A DNA stretch of 64,000 nt from Sedimentisphaerales bacterium (GCA_049518795.1 JBEKRK010000001.1:270477-334476), one strand, 5' to 3'. Numbered from the stretch's first letter, positions 1 through 7,723 are shown. Numbers and translations: made by a program. The notes: generated from the sequence alone by a model not told the origin.

Positions 1-30
1 ATATATCGTTAAACTACAGGAGAACAAATT

Positions 31-1218
31 ATGGATAATAATCAGCCGTCAAATGAGAAGCCTGCAAACGTAAAACCTTCAGATATTCCGCCCGTTTCTA
101 ATACAAAATTTGAAACATACATCAAAATTGTTGAGTTCGGTGCGATATTTATCGCTGTTGTTTATTTCTTTGGCTTTATTATCGTTAACACTTACCTGCT
201 TAAATATGGGATTAAGACATTCTCGCTTATAAAATATGAATATGTTGCAGCAGGAGTGGCATTTCTTCTTTGTGTGGCCATTGTGGCAATCCCATCGTTC
301 CTGATAATAAAATGGTTTTCTGATAATTTTAGTAAATTGACGGTATCATCGCTGAAAAAACAAGATGTCGTTTGGTTTTTGGGTCGAGTGATTATAATAC
401 TCTCATTGTCAGCACTTCCTTTTATACTCGTGTTCCATATGTTTTTCCCCGCAGAAAATCATGATTGGAAGGAATATTATTATTGGTATATAGGCATACT
501 TGTATGCATCCTTGTAATTTTTACAATAGTGTGGATTAGGTTTACAAAGCCGGATTTGAGTGATAAAAGTATCAATAAATTTCGGATCAGTGCGGTGTTA
601 TTTTGTTTTGTTGCATTGTGCGTTGCGGTTTACATCTTTTGTGTATTTATCTCTTTTGACCCTCGGAGTTTCATATCATTTAGTTTAGCTATTTTTACTG
701 CAACATATGTCTCTCATATTACCATAAAAATACGAAACTCAACCATAACACAAGAACGCATGAAAACATGGTTCGTAGCGTTTGGAGGATATTATGTCCC
801 AGCTCTTGTCCTTATTGCCGCAGTTGGTTTCGGTCGTGGTGTATACGATAAAATGTCGTATGTAGGTGGAAGTAGGATGAAAAATGCTGTCATTTATATG
901 AAAAATAAAGACGATGTGTTAAAAGGTCGTATTATTGAGCGTACGGATGCAACTCTATTTATTAAAGACCCCTGTGACAGTAATGGTGTAGTAGAAATAT
1001 TCTTAGAGGATGTTGAAAAAATCTTATACGGCATAGACAATAATTCCATCAACCGGAGCGAGGTTAAAGCCATGCAACAAGCTGTCGATATTAACTCCTG
1101 TGAGGGTAATAGTGCAGTAGAGATATTCTTAAAGGCTAAAGATAATAATTCAATTAATCTTAGCGATATTAAAGCTGTCCAGCGGGGTACCAAAGAGGCA
1201 AATGATTTTAATGAATAA
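31..1218 (+). CDS. hypothetical polytopic membrane protein with duplicated C-terminal motif
   Basis: 395-aa ORF with AGGAG 8 nt upstream of the ATG. Multiple hydrophobic segments span the first ~270 aa. The soluble tail holds two copies of a ~25-30-aa unit (VVEIFLEDVEK..DNNSINRSEVKAMQ / AVEIFLKAKDNNSINLSDIKAVQ). No family recognised. Confidence 0.55.
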   Translation: MDNNQPSNEKPANVKPSDIPPVSNTKFETYIKIVEFGAIFIAVVYFFGFIIVNTYLLKYGIKTFSLIKYEYVAAGVAFLLCVAIVAIPSFLIIKWFSDNFSKLTVSSLKKQDVVWFLGRVIIILSLSALPFILVFHMFFPAENHDWKEYYYWYIGILVCILVIFTIVWIRFTKPDLSDKSINKFRISAVLFCFVALCVAVYIFCVFISFDPRSFISFSLAIFTATYVSHITIKIRNSTITQERMKTWFVAFGGYYVPALVLIAAVGFGRGVYDKMSYVGGSRMKNAVIYMKNKDDVLKGRIIERTDATLFIKDPCDSNGVVEIFLEDVEKILYGIDNNSINRSEVKAMQQAVDINSCEGNSAVEIFLKAKDNNSINLSDIKAVQRGTKEANDFNE

Positions 1219-1375
1219 ACCGAAATAACCGGGGAATTTTGCTTGTTTTTGATCTACTTTTTAGGGCTATTAAACTTTTTGCATTGATTGTTTAAAGTGA
1301 ACGGCAAAGTTAAGACATTTTTCTGATTTGTTGTTTTGCTCTCCTTCAGTGAAATACCTGAAATGGTCTTTTCTT

Positions 1376-2179
1376 TCATTCTAATCGAAACATTTCTATT
1401 GAATTATATTGCCAAGAATCTTTTGGGACAGGTCGCAAATCAATTATCAATTTATAAATATCAACTGAAAGATGATTTACTCTTTTAATAAAATCCCTAT
1501 TTAAATTATCCGGTGCAGGAGCAATGTCGTTCGGGTTTTTATTCCTATCCTCAAATACGTTAGAGTTTAAAGACCATTGTGAATATAAAAAATGTTCCAT
1601 TTTATTTCTTACCCACCATACCCTTTTTATTAGACTTTTATTTGTCGAATAAAAACTATCTATTTTCGAAGCCTCGTTAGGGTAAGCCAATTTTAAATAT
1701 TTGAAAATATTTTTTATATTTAAGGAAGTTCCTTTAATATTATCCTTTTTTATTAGCTCAATATCTTGAGAATTTAAATTACCGGAATGAAGTTCTAACA
1801 GCCGGCGCCCATGATTTTTTACAGCATCGTGATACGCCTTCACTATCGGTAGTAAAATGTGAGGTCTTTTCTCGTTCTCGTTTATTCCATTTGAATCCTG
1901 CCATGCTTCTTCAAGTAAATCAACTGGATAATTACTAAACGATCTCACTTCTATCTCATCTCCATTCCCATAACGGTAATATTCACAAGATGACGATTCT
2001 GCAAATGCGTATGAATTTTCACATACATTTAATTTATATTCTTTCTCGCAGACTGGGCAGGTATATCGGGATAGTCTCCCCCCATAAGGTAGATCTAATT
2101 CATTATTACATTTATTGCATAACAATGAAATTTCCCAATTACCATAATCTTTATCATCTTCACTTTTACCCATTATCAA
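1376..2179 (-). CDS. zinc-ribbon + HEPN-like (Rx4H) protein; candidate defence effector
   Basis: 267-aa ORF. N-terminal CxxC-x16-CxxC (CNKCN...CPVCE). C-terminal WWVRNKMEHF gives R191-x4-H196, the HEPN RNase signature. Co-directional with, and 74 nt downstream of, the gene at 2254..2895. Motif-based call only. Confidence 0.5.
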   Translation of the reverse strand: MIMGKSEDDKDYGNWEISLLCNKCNNELDLPYGGRLSRYTCPVCEKEYKLNVCENSYAFAESSSCEYYRYGNGDEIEVRSFSNYPVDLLEEAWQDSNGINENEKRPHILLPIVKAYHDAVKNHGRRLLELHSGNLNSQDIELIKKDNIKGTSLNIKNIFKYLKLAYPNEASKIDSFYSTNKSLIKRVWWVRNKMEHFLYSQWSLNSNVFEDRNKNPNDIAPAPDNLNRDFIKRVNHLSVDIYKLIIDLRPVPKDSWQYNSIEMFRLE

Positions 2180-2253
2180 GCTTCTTTAATCTATTATCTA
2201 CTCCATTGCGGTTTATTTTTGCCCGGCTGAATTTTTATTAATATTTTTTTATT

Positions 2254-2895
2254 TCATGTCATAGAAGTTGCTACATCCTCAATAATTTTCATGTACTCGA
2301 GAAGATAATAATATCCACTGATTCGCCGACTTGGGAGCAATAGAAACTCTCCCGGTATAGGAGTCCTTAGTGGCAGTGTTGCATAGTGCGTTTTTACCAC
2401 TTTTTTGAAGTCTTCCAATGATTCTTTGGACATGTGGGCTATATGGTTTCTAACCTTCTTCAGTTCTCTCAACTGTTCAAGGTACATTGTTATAGTTGCC
2501 TTTATAGGATATCCGTCTTTTAAATATGTCTCAGAGCGTTCCAAAAGAATATCAGGGCTGCTCCAGTCAAGAAAAGGCATTGATGATTGGACTAGTTCTT
2601 CGGCGTGTTGAATACTTTGTGGTCGCAAATGAGACTGAACGAGCTTTCTCTTGCTTGATGGTACGCCACAGCAGTAAAGTAGGAACACATTACGCAGGAA
2701 CTGTTCATATGCTCTAAAGGCTGCAAAAAATACCGTCTCCGTCAATAAATACATTTGTGTTTTGGTAAACCTACGTGAACCTTTCTTTTTTGCCAAAGAG
2801 GAGGTAAACAACTCTTGATTTTGCTTATCGATGGCTCGCAAAACTCTGAGTTTCTGCTTGAAATAAGATAAACAACCAAGAGGCTTAGACTTCAT
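2254..2895 (-). CDS. HEPN-like nuclease (RNxxAH motif; resembles MAE_28990/RiboL-PSP-type HEPN families)
   Basis: 213-aa ORF with KKVRNHIAHMSKE (R149-x4-H154). Its ATG overlaps the stop of the upstream DUF262 gene (ATGA at 2892..2895 on the minus strand), implying translational coupling. Confidence 0.55.
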   Translation of the reverse strand: MKSKPLGCLSYFKQKLRVLRAIDKQNQELFTSSLAKKKGSRRFTKTQMYLLTETVFFAAFRAYEQFLRNVFLLYCCGVPSSKRKLVQSHLRPQSIQHAEELVQSSMPFLDWSSPDILLERSETYLKDGYPIKATITMYLEQLRELKKVRNHIAHMSKESLEDFKKVVKTHYATLPLRTPIPGEFLLLPSRRISGYYYLLEYMKIIEDVATSMT

Positions 2896-3968
2896 AGCAA
2901 GCTTTGGCCCAGAGAAAATCGGATTTTTTTGCAGACAAATTCTGCTCTTTTAATACGCGACGCGGTGTCTGTTGTTCCTCGTCGAGACCGCATAATGAAG
3001 TTCTTGTAATCTTTTGGAGCATCTGGGTTATCAATATCTTCAGCAACTTTGTCATAAGTCGCACTTATATCATCAAGGCAGACCCGAAGTTTTCCTATTA
3101 CCTTCTGAGAAAGCTTAGATCTGAATGATTTGTTAATTCCGTCAAGCCTATACAAACAGTGAGCTATCGACGTGAAGAGTGTGTAAAATAGATGGATACG
3201 CGACCAGTTTGTTCCTCGTATTTCCTCAGGCGAGTAGATTTCACCAATGTATGACATTGTAGTGTCAAATTTCTGCTTTGCTTTCTCAAGTGACCCTTGC
3301 TCGTCTTCGTATTTTCTGTAGAATTGCTCAAGGGACTTGTTTGTCTGAACACCACCAATAAGTGACATAAGCATATCACCAGCAAGTTCCGCTTCTGCCA
3401 TTCGTGTCACTTTTTCTTTTGTAAGCACCTTAGCGCGAAGGAAATAGTCTACATACTTTAAACCTAGTTCATAGGCTGCTTGCTTAAAGTATCCTAAATA
3501 CCCGGCATTCAATTTTTCCTGTTTATTAAGTACGACCGTATAGGAGTTTATTCTTGCGAATATGTCCAAAAGGTCTTGATATGTCATGTTGTAAAGAACG
3601 TCAACTCCAAGTTCGTACTGCAGAAAGTCTTTCTGCTGTTGTGATGACATTGTAGTATAGCGTTTTCCCGCCAATTTTTTGTTGTGTGCTTTGGAGATGG
3701 CAAAATCTTCATTTATGAATTCTAATACTGCGCGGAGTCTTTGCTGACCGTCTACTACTGTACGAATTGTTCGTGAACCATCAAGGTGTTGGCTGATTAA
3801 TATCTTGGGAATTGGTCGTCCTCGGACAATAGAATCAATAAGATAAGACTTTGCCTTTTCAGACCAGACTTCACGTCGCTGGAAATCTGGGCTAAGTTCA
3901 AGAAGTTCATTTTTATGCCATTCAAAAAAGTCAGCAATACTATATGCCCTTGTGTCAAAATTCTTCAT
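2892..3968 (-). CDS. DUF262 (ParB/Srx-like, GmrSD N-terminal type) protein without a DUF1524/HNH nuclease domain
   Basis: 358-aa ORF. SPDFQRREVWSEKAKSYLIDSIVRGRPIPKI and VVDGQQRL (DGQQR) are hallmark DUF262 motifs. The C-terminal ~200 aa look helical and show no His-Me finger motif. Confidence 0.8.
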   Translation of the reverse strand: MKNFDTRAYSIADFFEWHKNELLELSPDFQRREVWSEKAKSYLIDSIVRGRPIPKILISQHLDGSRTIRTVVDGQQRLRAVLEFINEDFAISKAHNKKLAGKRYTTMSSQQQKDFLQYELGVDVLYNMTYQDLLDIFARINSYTVVLNKQEKLNAGYLGYFKQAAYELGLKYVDYFLRAKVLTKEKVTRMAEAELAGDMLMSLIGGVQTNKSLEQFYRKYEDEQGSLEKAKQKFDTTMSYIGEIYSPEEIRGTNWSRIHLFYTLFTSIAHCLYRLDGINKSFRSKLSQKVIGKLRVCLDDISATYDKVAEDIDNPDAPKDYKNFIMRSRRGTTDTASRIKRAEFVCKKIRFSLGQSLL

Positions 3969-4286
3969 GATATTCGCCCCTTTTTGATAGTTAACAAATA
4001 TGATCGTACCATTACTTTTATTCTCCGTTCATTTATTATTGGATAGATTATATGCAATAAACCCAGCCAATTCAAACAAATAATCTCTTCCTTTTCTGTA
4101 GAAAAGACGTAACCGAATAACGTTTGCCGTAACGAGCTGCGTACTTGTCTGTTCGTAGCCTTCTCGTCCTCCGTAGTCCCCCTGTTCTTGCTTTCGCCTG
4201 CCCCCGCGACTTCCATCGCAAGATGGAGCGGTGGGCAAGAAAGTATAGGGGGACGAAGGATGGACGGCGGAACCCTTTTATCCCGC

Positions 4287-4364
4287 GATAACCGATAACC
4301 ATTCACTGATAACCGTTCACCAATAACCGATAACTGTAAACCAATAACTGTAAACTGTTAACTG
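4287..4364. repeat. array of ~8 (G/A)ATAAC(C/T)G-type octamer repeats
   Basis: Read directly: gataaccgataaccattcactgataaccgttcaccaataaccgataactgtaaaccaataactgtaaactgttaactg. Confidence 0.7.
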
Positions 4365-4372
4365 ATCTGATA

Positions 4373-4504
4373 CCCAAACCGTTGCCGAAGCCCAAACTCA
4401 ACCTTTTTCAGCCACTTGGCCATTCTTTACCAACCAAACTCAAACCATTGCCAAAACCCCAATCCTTTTCAGCCGCTCGGCCATTCTCTACTTTGATTCT
4501 CTAC
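4373..4504. repeat. two tandem ~58-nt units, each ending in an inverted, degenerate copy of a class II tRNA 5' half
   Basis: Unit 1 is 4373..4430 and unit 2 is 4434..4491. On the minus strand they read GTAAAGAATGGCCAAGTGGCTGAAAAAGG and GTAGAGAATGGCCGAGCGGCTGAAAAGG. Compare the tRNA-Ser 5' end GGAGAGGTGGCCGAGTGGCTGAAGG at 4580. ATTCTCTAC is duplicated at 4483 and 4496. Confidence 0.55.
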
Positions 4505-4579
4505 TTTTTTAATCTACTTGCAATAATTGTTATTTGGGTGTAAGTTAATAGAAAAGATGTTTTTGGGACGGACGAATAT

Positions 4580-4670
4580 GGAGAGGTGGCCGAGTGGCTG
4601 AAGGCACCAGTTTGCTAAACTGTCCAGTGGGTAATAACCCGCTGCGCGAGTTCGAATCTCGCCCTCTCCG
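4580..4670 (+). tRNA. tRNA-Ser (anticodon GCT)
   Basis: Acceptor GGAGAGG/CCTCTCC plus discriminator G. D-arm GCCGAGTGGCTGAAGGC. Anticodon loop TTGCTAA. Long variable arm. T-arm GCGAGTTCGAATCTCGC. No encoded CCA. A T-run follows. Confidence 0.9.
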
Positions 4671-4811
4671 TTTTTTATGCTATGCCGTATTAGGGTTTTT
4701 ACAGGCAACTCGTCATTTTTTTGCTTTTAACTAAAACGAGAATTGAACAGTCAAAAACAAAAAGAACAATTCCTAAGTTAAATAAAAAAATTCAATATTA
4801 AAGGATATAAA

Positions 4812-5930
4812 ATGATTAAAATAAAAACTATTGCGGTTATGTGTATCTGGACTCCTTTTTGTCTCATCTCCATCGCTGAAAGCGAAACAGTCAAAGTTAC
4901 TAACCGCCTAAATGAAAACAGAGAAAACGAAACTATCAGCGTCAGCCTGCAAACAGTATCCACCTTGTCCCGATTCTCAACAGCTCACAAACCCTCCGTC
5001 TTCAGCGAATTCTCAAATCAATTCATCCCCTGCCAGCTAATCGACAACAACGGAGATGGAAAAAATGAAGAACTTATCTTCCAGGCTAATTTCGAGCCAA
5101 ACCAAACACAAATATTCCATATATCCGACAGCAACGAAAGCCAAGATGTAAATACCCCATTCCACACAAACGCAATGTTCGTGCCACAAAGAAAAGATGA
5201 CTTCGCGTGGGAAAATGACAAAATCGCATTCAGAATGTATGGGCAGGAACTCCAAAAAACAGAACTGACCAGCAGCGGTATTGATGTCTGGGTAAAAAAA
5301 GTCAAATACCCGATTATGCTGAATTTATACACAAAAGGACACGATTATCTTCATTCGGATAACCCTGAAGGAGTAGATTTCTATAATATCGGGCCGACAT
5401 TAGGCTGCGGCGGATTGGGCGTTTGGTCCGATGGCAAATTATACCGGTCAGAAAACTACTACCAGTGGAAAATAATCGCAAACGGGCCAATAAGGTCTAT
5501 CTTCGAACTTACTTATAAGCCATGGCAGATGGGGAATAAAAAAGTCGGCGAGACTAAAAGAATCAGCCTTGACCTTGGCTCAAATCTTAATCATATCGAA
5601 AGCCGGTTTGACGCGGATGTAAACGATGTAATATTTGCGGTTGGAATTGTAAAATGCGAAAGAGGCGGGCAGCCTTACTACGCAAGAGATAAAAGTCAAT
5701 TAATTTACTGGCAAAATCCGGATGCTAACTTCGGCATAATCGGCTGTGCGGTAATACTGCCGAATGGAGCCGCGAGAAATGAATCGGTCGATGAAGAGAA
5801 AAACTATTTACTTTTGGCGAAAACGAACGGTAAAAATTCGATAAGTTATTATGCCGGGGCTTGCTGGAATAAATTTTCAGAGTTCGAGTCAGAAGAAAAA
5901 TGGCTAAAGTTTATTGCGAAGAAGGCGTGA
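4812..5930 (+). CDS. secreted DUF4861-like protein (glycan-utilisation-associated family)
   Basis: 372-aa ORF with an N-terminal signal-like segment. The block DDFAWENDKIAFRMYG and the overall layout recall DUF4861. Family recalled from memory, not searched. Confidence 0.5.
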   Translation: MIKIKTIAVMCIWTPFCLISIAESETVKVTNRLNENRENETISVSLQTVSTLSRFSTAHKPSVFSEFSNQFIPCQLIDNNGDGKNEELIFQANFEPNQTQIFHISDSNESQDVNTPFHTNAMFVPQRKDDFAWENDKIAFRMYGQELQKTELTSSGIDVWVKKVKYPIMLNLYTKGHDYLHSDNPEGVDFYNIGPTLGCGGLGVWSDGKLYRSENYYQWKIIANGPIRSIFELTYKPWQMGNKKVGETKRISLDLGSNLNHIESRFDADVNDVIFAVGIVKCERGGQPYYARDKSQLIYWQNPDANFGIIGCAVILPNGAARNESVDEEKNYLLLAKTNGKNSISYYAGACWNKFSEFESEEKWLKFIAKKA

Positions 5931-5962
5931 TTGATAGAGACGCCGATGAAGGTGGAAGTGGA

Positions 5963-6116
5963 GTAGCCACCAAGACACCAAGGCACGAAGATAATTTAAA
6001 ATTTAATATTTAAGATTTAATATTTAAGATTTAAAACTTTTTGACGTAGCCACGAAGACACTAAGGCACGAAGATTTATTTAATATTTGATATTTAAAAT
6101 TTAAAAATTTTTAACG
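5963..6116. repeat. tandem pair of an intergenic repeat: GTAGCCACNAAGACACNAAGGCACGAAGAT followed by an AT-rich ATTTAA(T/G)ATTT tract
   Basis: Unit 1 is 5963..6045 and unit 2 is 6046..6116. The GC-rich head recurs at 23365..23392, 27369..27395 and, inverted, at 54917..54944. Confidence 0.75.
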
Positions 6117-6432
6117 AACCCGCCGGCATCCCTAAGGGATAAAGGCCGACGGGCTAAATAACGGCGAGGAATTTCGGTTGAGTTTGGGGAGAAAAGAATT
6201 GGGGTATAGGGTTTAGGGTTTAGATGTAAAATAAGTTTTGACAAAGAGATGAAAATGGTAGAGAATAAGCATACGTAAAACAGTTGCGGTTGCGCGACTC
6301 GTCACGTATTACGTTATACGGTAACGTTCACGTCCGCCGGGGGCGGATAAATATTGGCGGGGCTAACCACAAAAAGAAAAACGACCCCCGCAGTTTCTTT
6401 GCAGAAACTAAGCGCGGGGGCTAACCACGAAG
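6115..6432. repeat. cluster of REP-like GC-clamped hairpins, several followed by GGCTAACCAC
   Basis: 6115..6160: CGAACCCGCCGGC-ATCCC-TAA-GGGAT-..GCCGACGGGCTAAATA. 6334..6370: TCCGCC-GGG-GGCGGA...GGCTAACCAC. 6382..6432: CCCCCGC-AGTTTCT-TTGC-AGAAACT-..GCGGGGGCTAACCACGAAG. Confidence 0.6.
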
Positions 6433-6691
6433 TTTTAGCTCCTATAATAATTTTAAAAGATAATTCCACCTTTAGCGTCCAAAATTGTTCAAGACCTATA
6501 ATTACCATTAAGCAGGTTTTTTTATGCAAATAAAGCCTATTTAAGGGGCAATTGTAATGTTTAATGGTAAAGCAGATAAAGGTTTATGTCGAAACATATC
6601 CTGATTGCAGAAAAAGACGGAATGCAATTCCCATAGTCTCTTGTGTAGGGGGATTGGGGGTAATTAAGAAAGAAATTTTAAGGAGATAAAA

Positions 6692-7129
6692 ATGAAAGCT
6701 AAGAAAACAGTTGTCAGAGCCGGCTTCACATTGGTCGAGCTTGCGGTGGTCATCGTGATCATCGGCGTGCTGGCTGCTTTCGCAGTGCCGAAGTTCAGCG
6801 CTTCGGTAGAACGGTCGAAAGCTGCTGAAGCCTTCAACTACCTGTCAGCCATAGAGGCTGCCCAGGAGCGTTTCCATGCCAGACAAGGCACCTATGCTAG
6901 CAACCTTGCAGACCTCGATGTTCAATTTGCCCAACCGAAGTATTTCGATGTTGGCGAAGTTGCAGGCGACGATCTTGAGACTGGCTGGAGTTTGACTCTT
7001 ACGCGCAAGGGTGCTTCAGGCGGTTACGGTCTGTACACGGTAGTCTTCACGCAGGACGGCTTCGATACAGCAAACAGCACGATTGCTACTGATGAGAAAT
7101 GTGTTGCTATCAACCCGATGCAGACCTAA
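6692..7129 (+). CDS. type IV pilin / T2SS pseudopilin-like major subunit, paralogue 1
   Basis: 145 aa. The prepilin leader ends ...VRAG|FTLVELAVVIVIIGVLAAFAVPKF (G-1, F+1, E+5). AAGGAG lies 6 nt upstream of the ATG. Confidence 0.85.
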   Translation: MKAKKTVVRAGFTLVELAVVIVIIGVLAAFAVPKFSASVERSKAAEAFNYLSAIEAAQERFHARQGTYASNLADLDVQFAQPKYFDVGEVAGDDLETGWSLTLTRKGASGGYGLYTVVFTQDGFDTANSTIATDEKCVAINPMQT

Positions 7130-7180
7130 GAGCGGCTGTGAAGTAGTATGTTAAACAGGAAAGTATTTTAGGAGTAAAAA

Positions 7181-7612
7181 ATGAAAAAGATGATTACAAA
7201 AGGTGGATTTACACTGGTCGAGCTTGCAGTGGTTATAGTAATCATCGGTGTGCTGGCAGCTTTCGCAGTGCCGAAGTTCAGCGCTTCGGTAGAACGGTCG
7301 AAAGCTGCTGAAGCCTTCAACTACCTGTCAGCCATAGAGGCTGCCCAGGAGCGTTACCATGCCAAGCAAGGCACGTATGCTAACCAACTTGCCGCCCTTG
7401 ATATTCAGTTTTCCGAGCCAAAGTATTTCACTGTTGGCGAAGTTCAGGGGGATAGTCTCGAGACAGGATGGAGACTGACTCTTACACGCAAGGGTGCTTC
7501 AGGCGGTTACGGCGAATACACGGTAACGTTCACGCAGGACGGCTTCGATACTGAAAACAGCACGATTGCTACTGATGAGAAATGTGTTGCTATCAACCCG
7601 ATGCAGACGTAA
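7181..7612 (+). CDS. type IV pilin / T2SS pseudopilin-like major subunit, paralogue 2
   Basis: 143 aa, leader MKKMITKGG|FTLVELAVVIVIIGVLAAF. Shares a 97-nt identical run (7259..7355 = 6776..6872) and a 53-nt identical 3' run with paralogue 1. Confidence 0.85.
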   Translation: MKKMITKGGFTLVELAVVIVIIGVLAAFAVPKFSASVERSKAAEAFNYLSAIEAAQERYHAKQGTYANQLAALDIQFSEPKYFTVGEVQGDSLETGWRLTLTRKGASGGYGEYTVTFTQDGFDTENSTIATDEKCVAINPMQT

Positions 7613-7660
7613 GAAAGTGGTCTGTTGTTAACAACAGAAGCTCGATTAAAGTAAAAAGAG

Positions 7661-7699
7661 AAGGACGGCAAACTTTTAAAAAGTTGCCGTCCTTTTTTA
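7661..7699 (+). terminator. Rho-independent terminator after the pilin pair
   Basis: AAGGACGGCAAC-ttttaaaaa-GTTGCCGTCCTT followed by TTTTAT. Confidence 0.75.
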
Positions 7700-7723
7700 T
7701 TGGCAAGAGAGAAAGGGAATAAA

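Noticed and set aside
3965-4306. 113-aa minus-strand ORF overlapping the DUF262 start, plus two nested ORFs (4029..4238 and 4072..4302).
   Set aside because: The sequence is non-protein-like and Arg/Pro/Gly-rich. These ORFs span a GC-clamped hairpin and the octamer repeat array, so they are most likely non-coding upstream/repeat sequence.
4434-4491. A real minus-strand tRNA or tRNA pseudogene.
   Set aside because: Only the acceptor 5' strand and D-arm-like part is present. No anticodon or T-arm can be folded from the following sequence.
1-4670. Prophage or integrative element with an integrase at tRNA-Ser.
   Set aside because: No integrase, recombinase or phage structural gene lies within the window, and the islet lies 5' of the tRNA rather than at its 3' end. 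I can only call it an AT-rich accessory islet. The left boundary is outside the window.
6310-6335. A 15-nt match (ACGGTAACGTTCACG) between the pilin upstream region and pilin 2 (7519..7533), considered as a pilin gene fragment or silent cassette.
   Set aside because: It is too short. A match of this length is expected by chance a few times in all-against-all comparison of 64 kb, and there is no flanking similarity.
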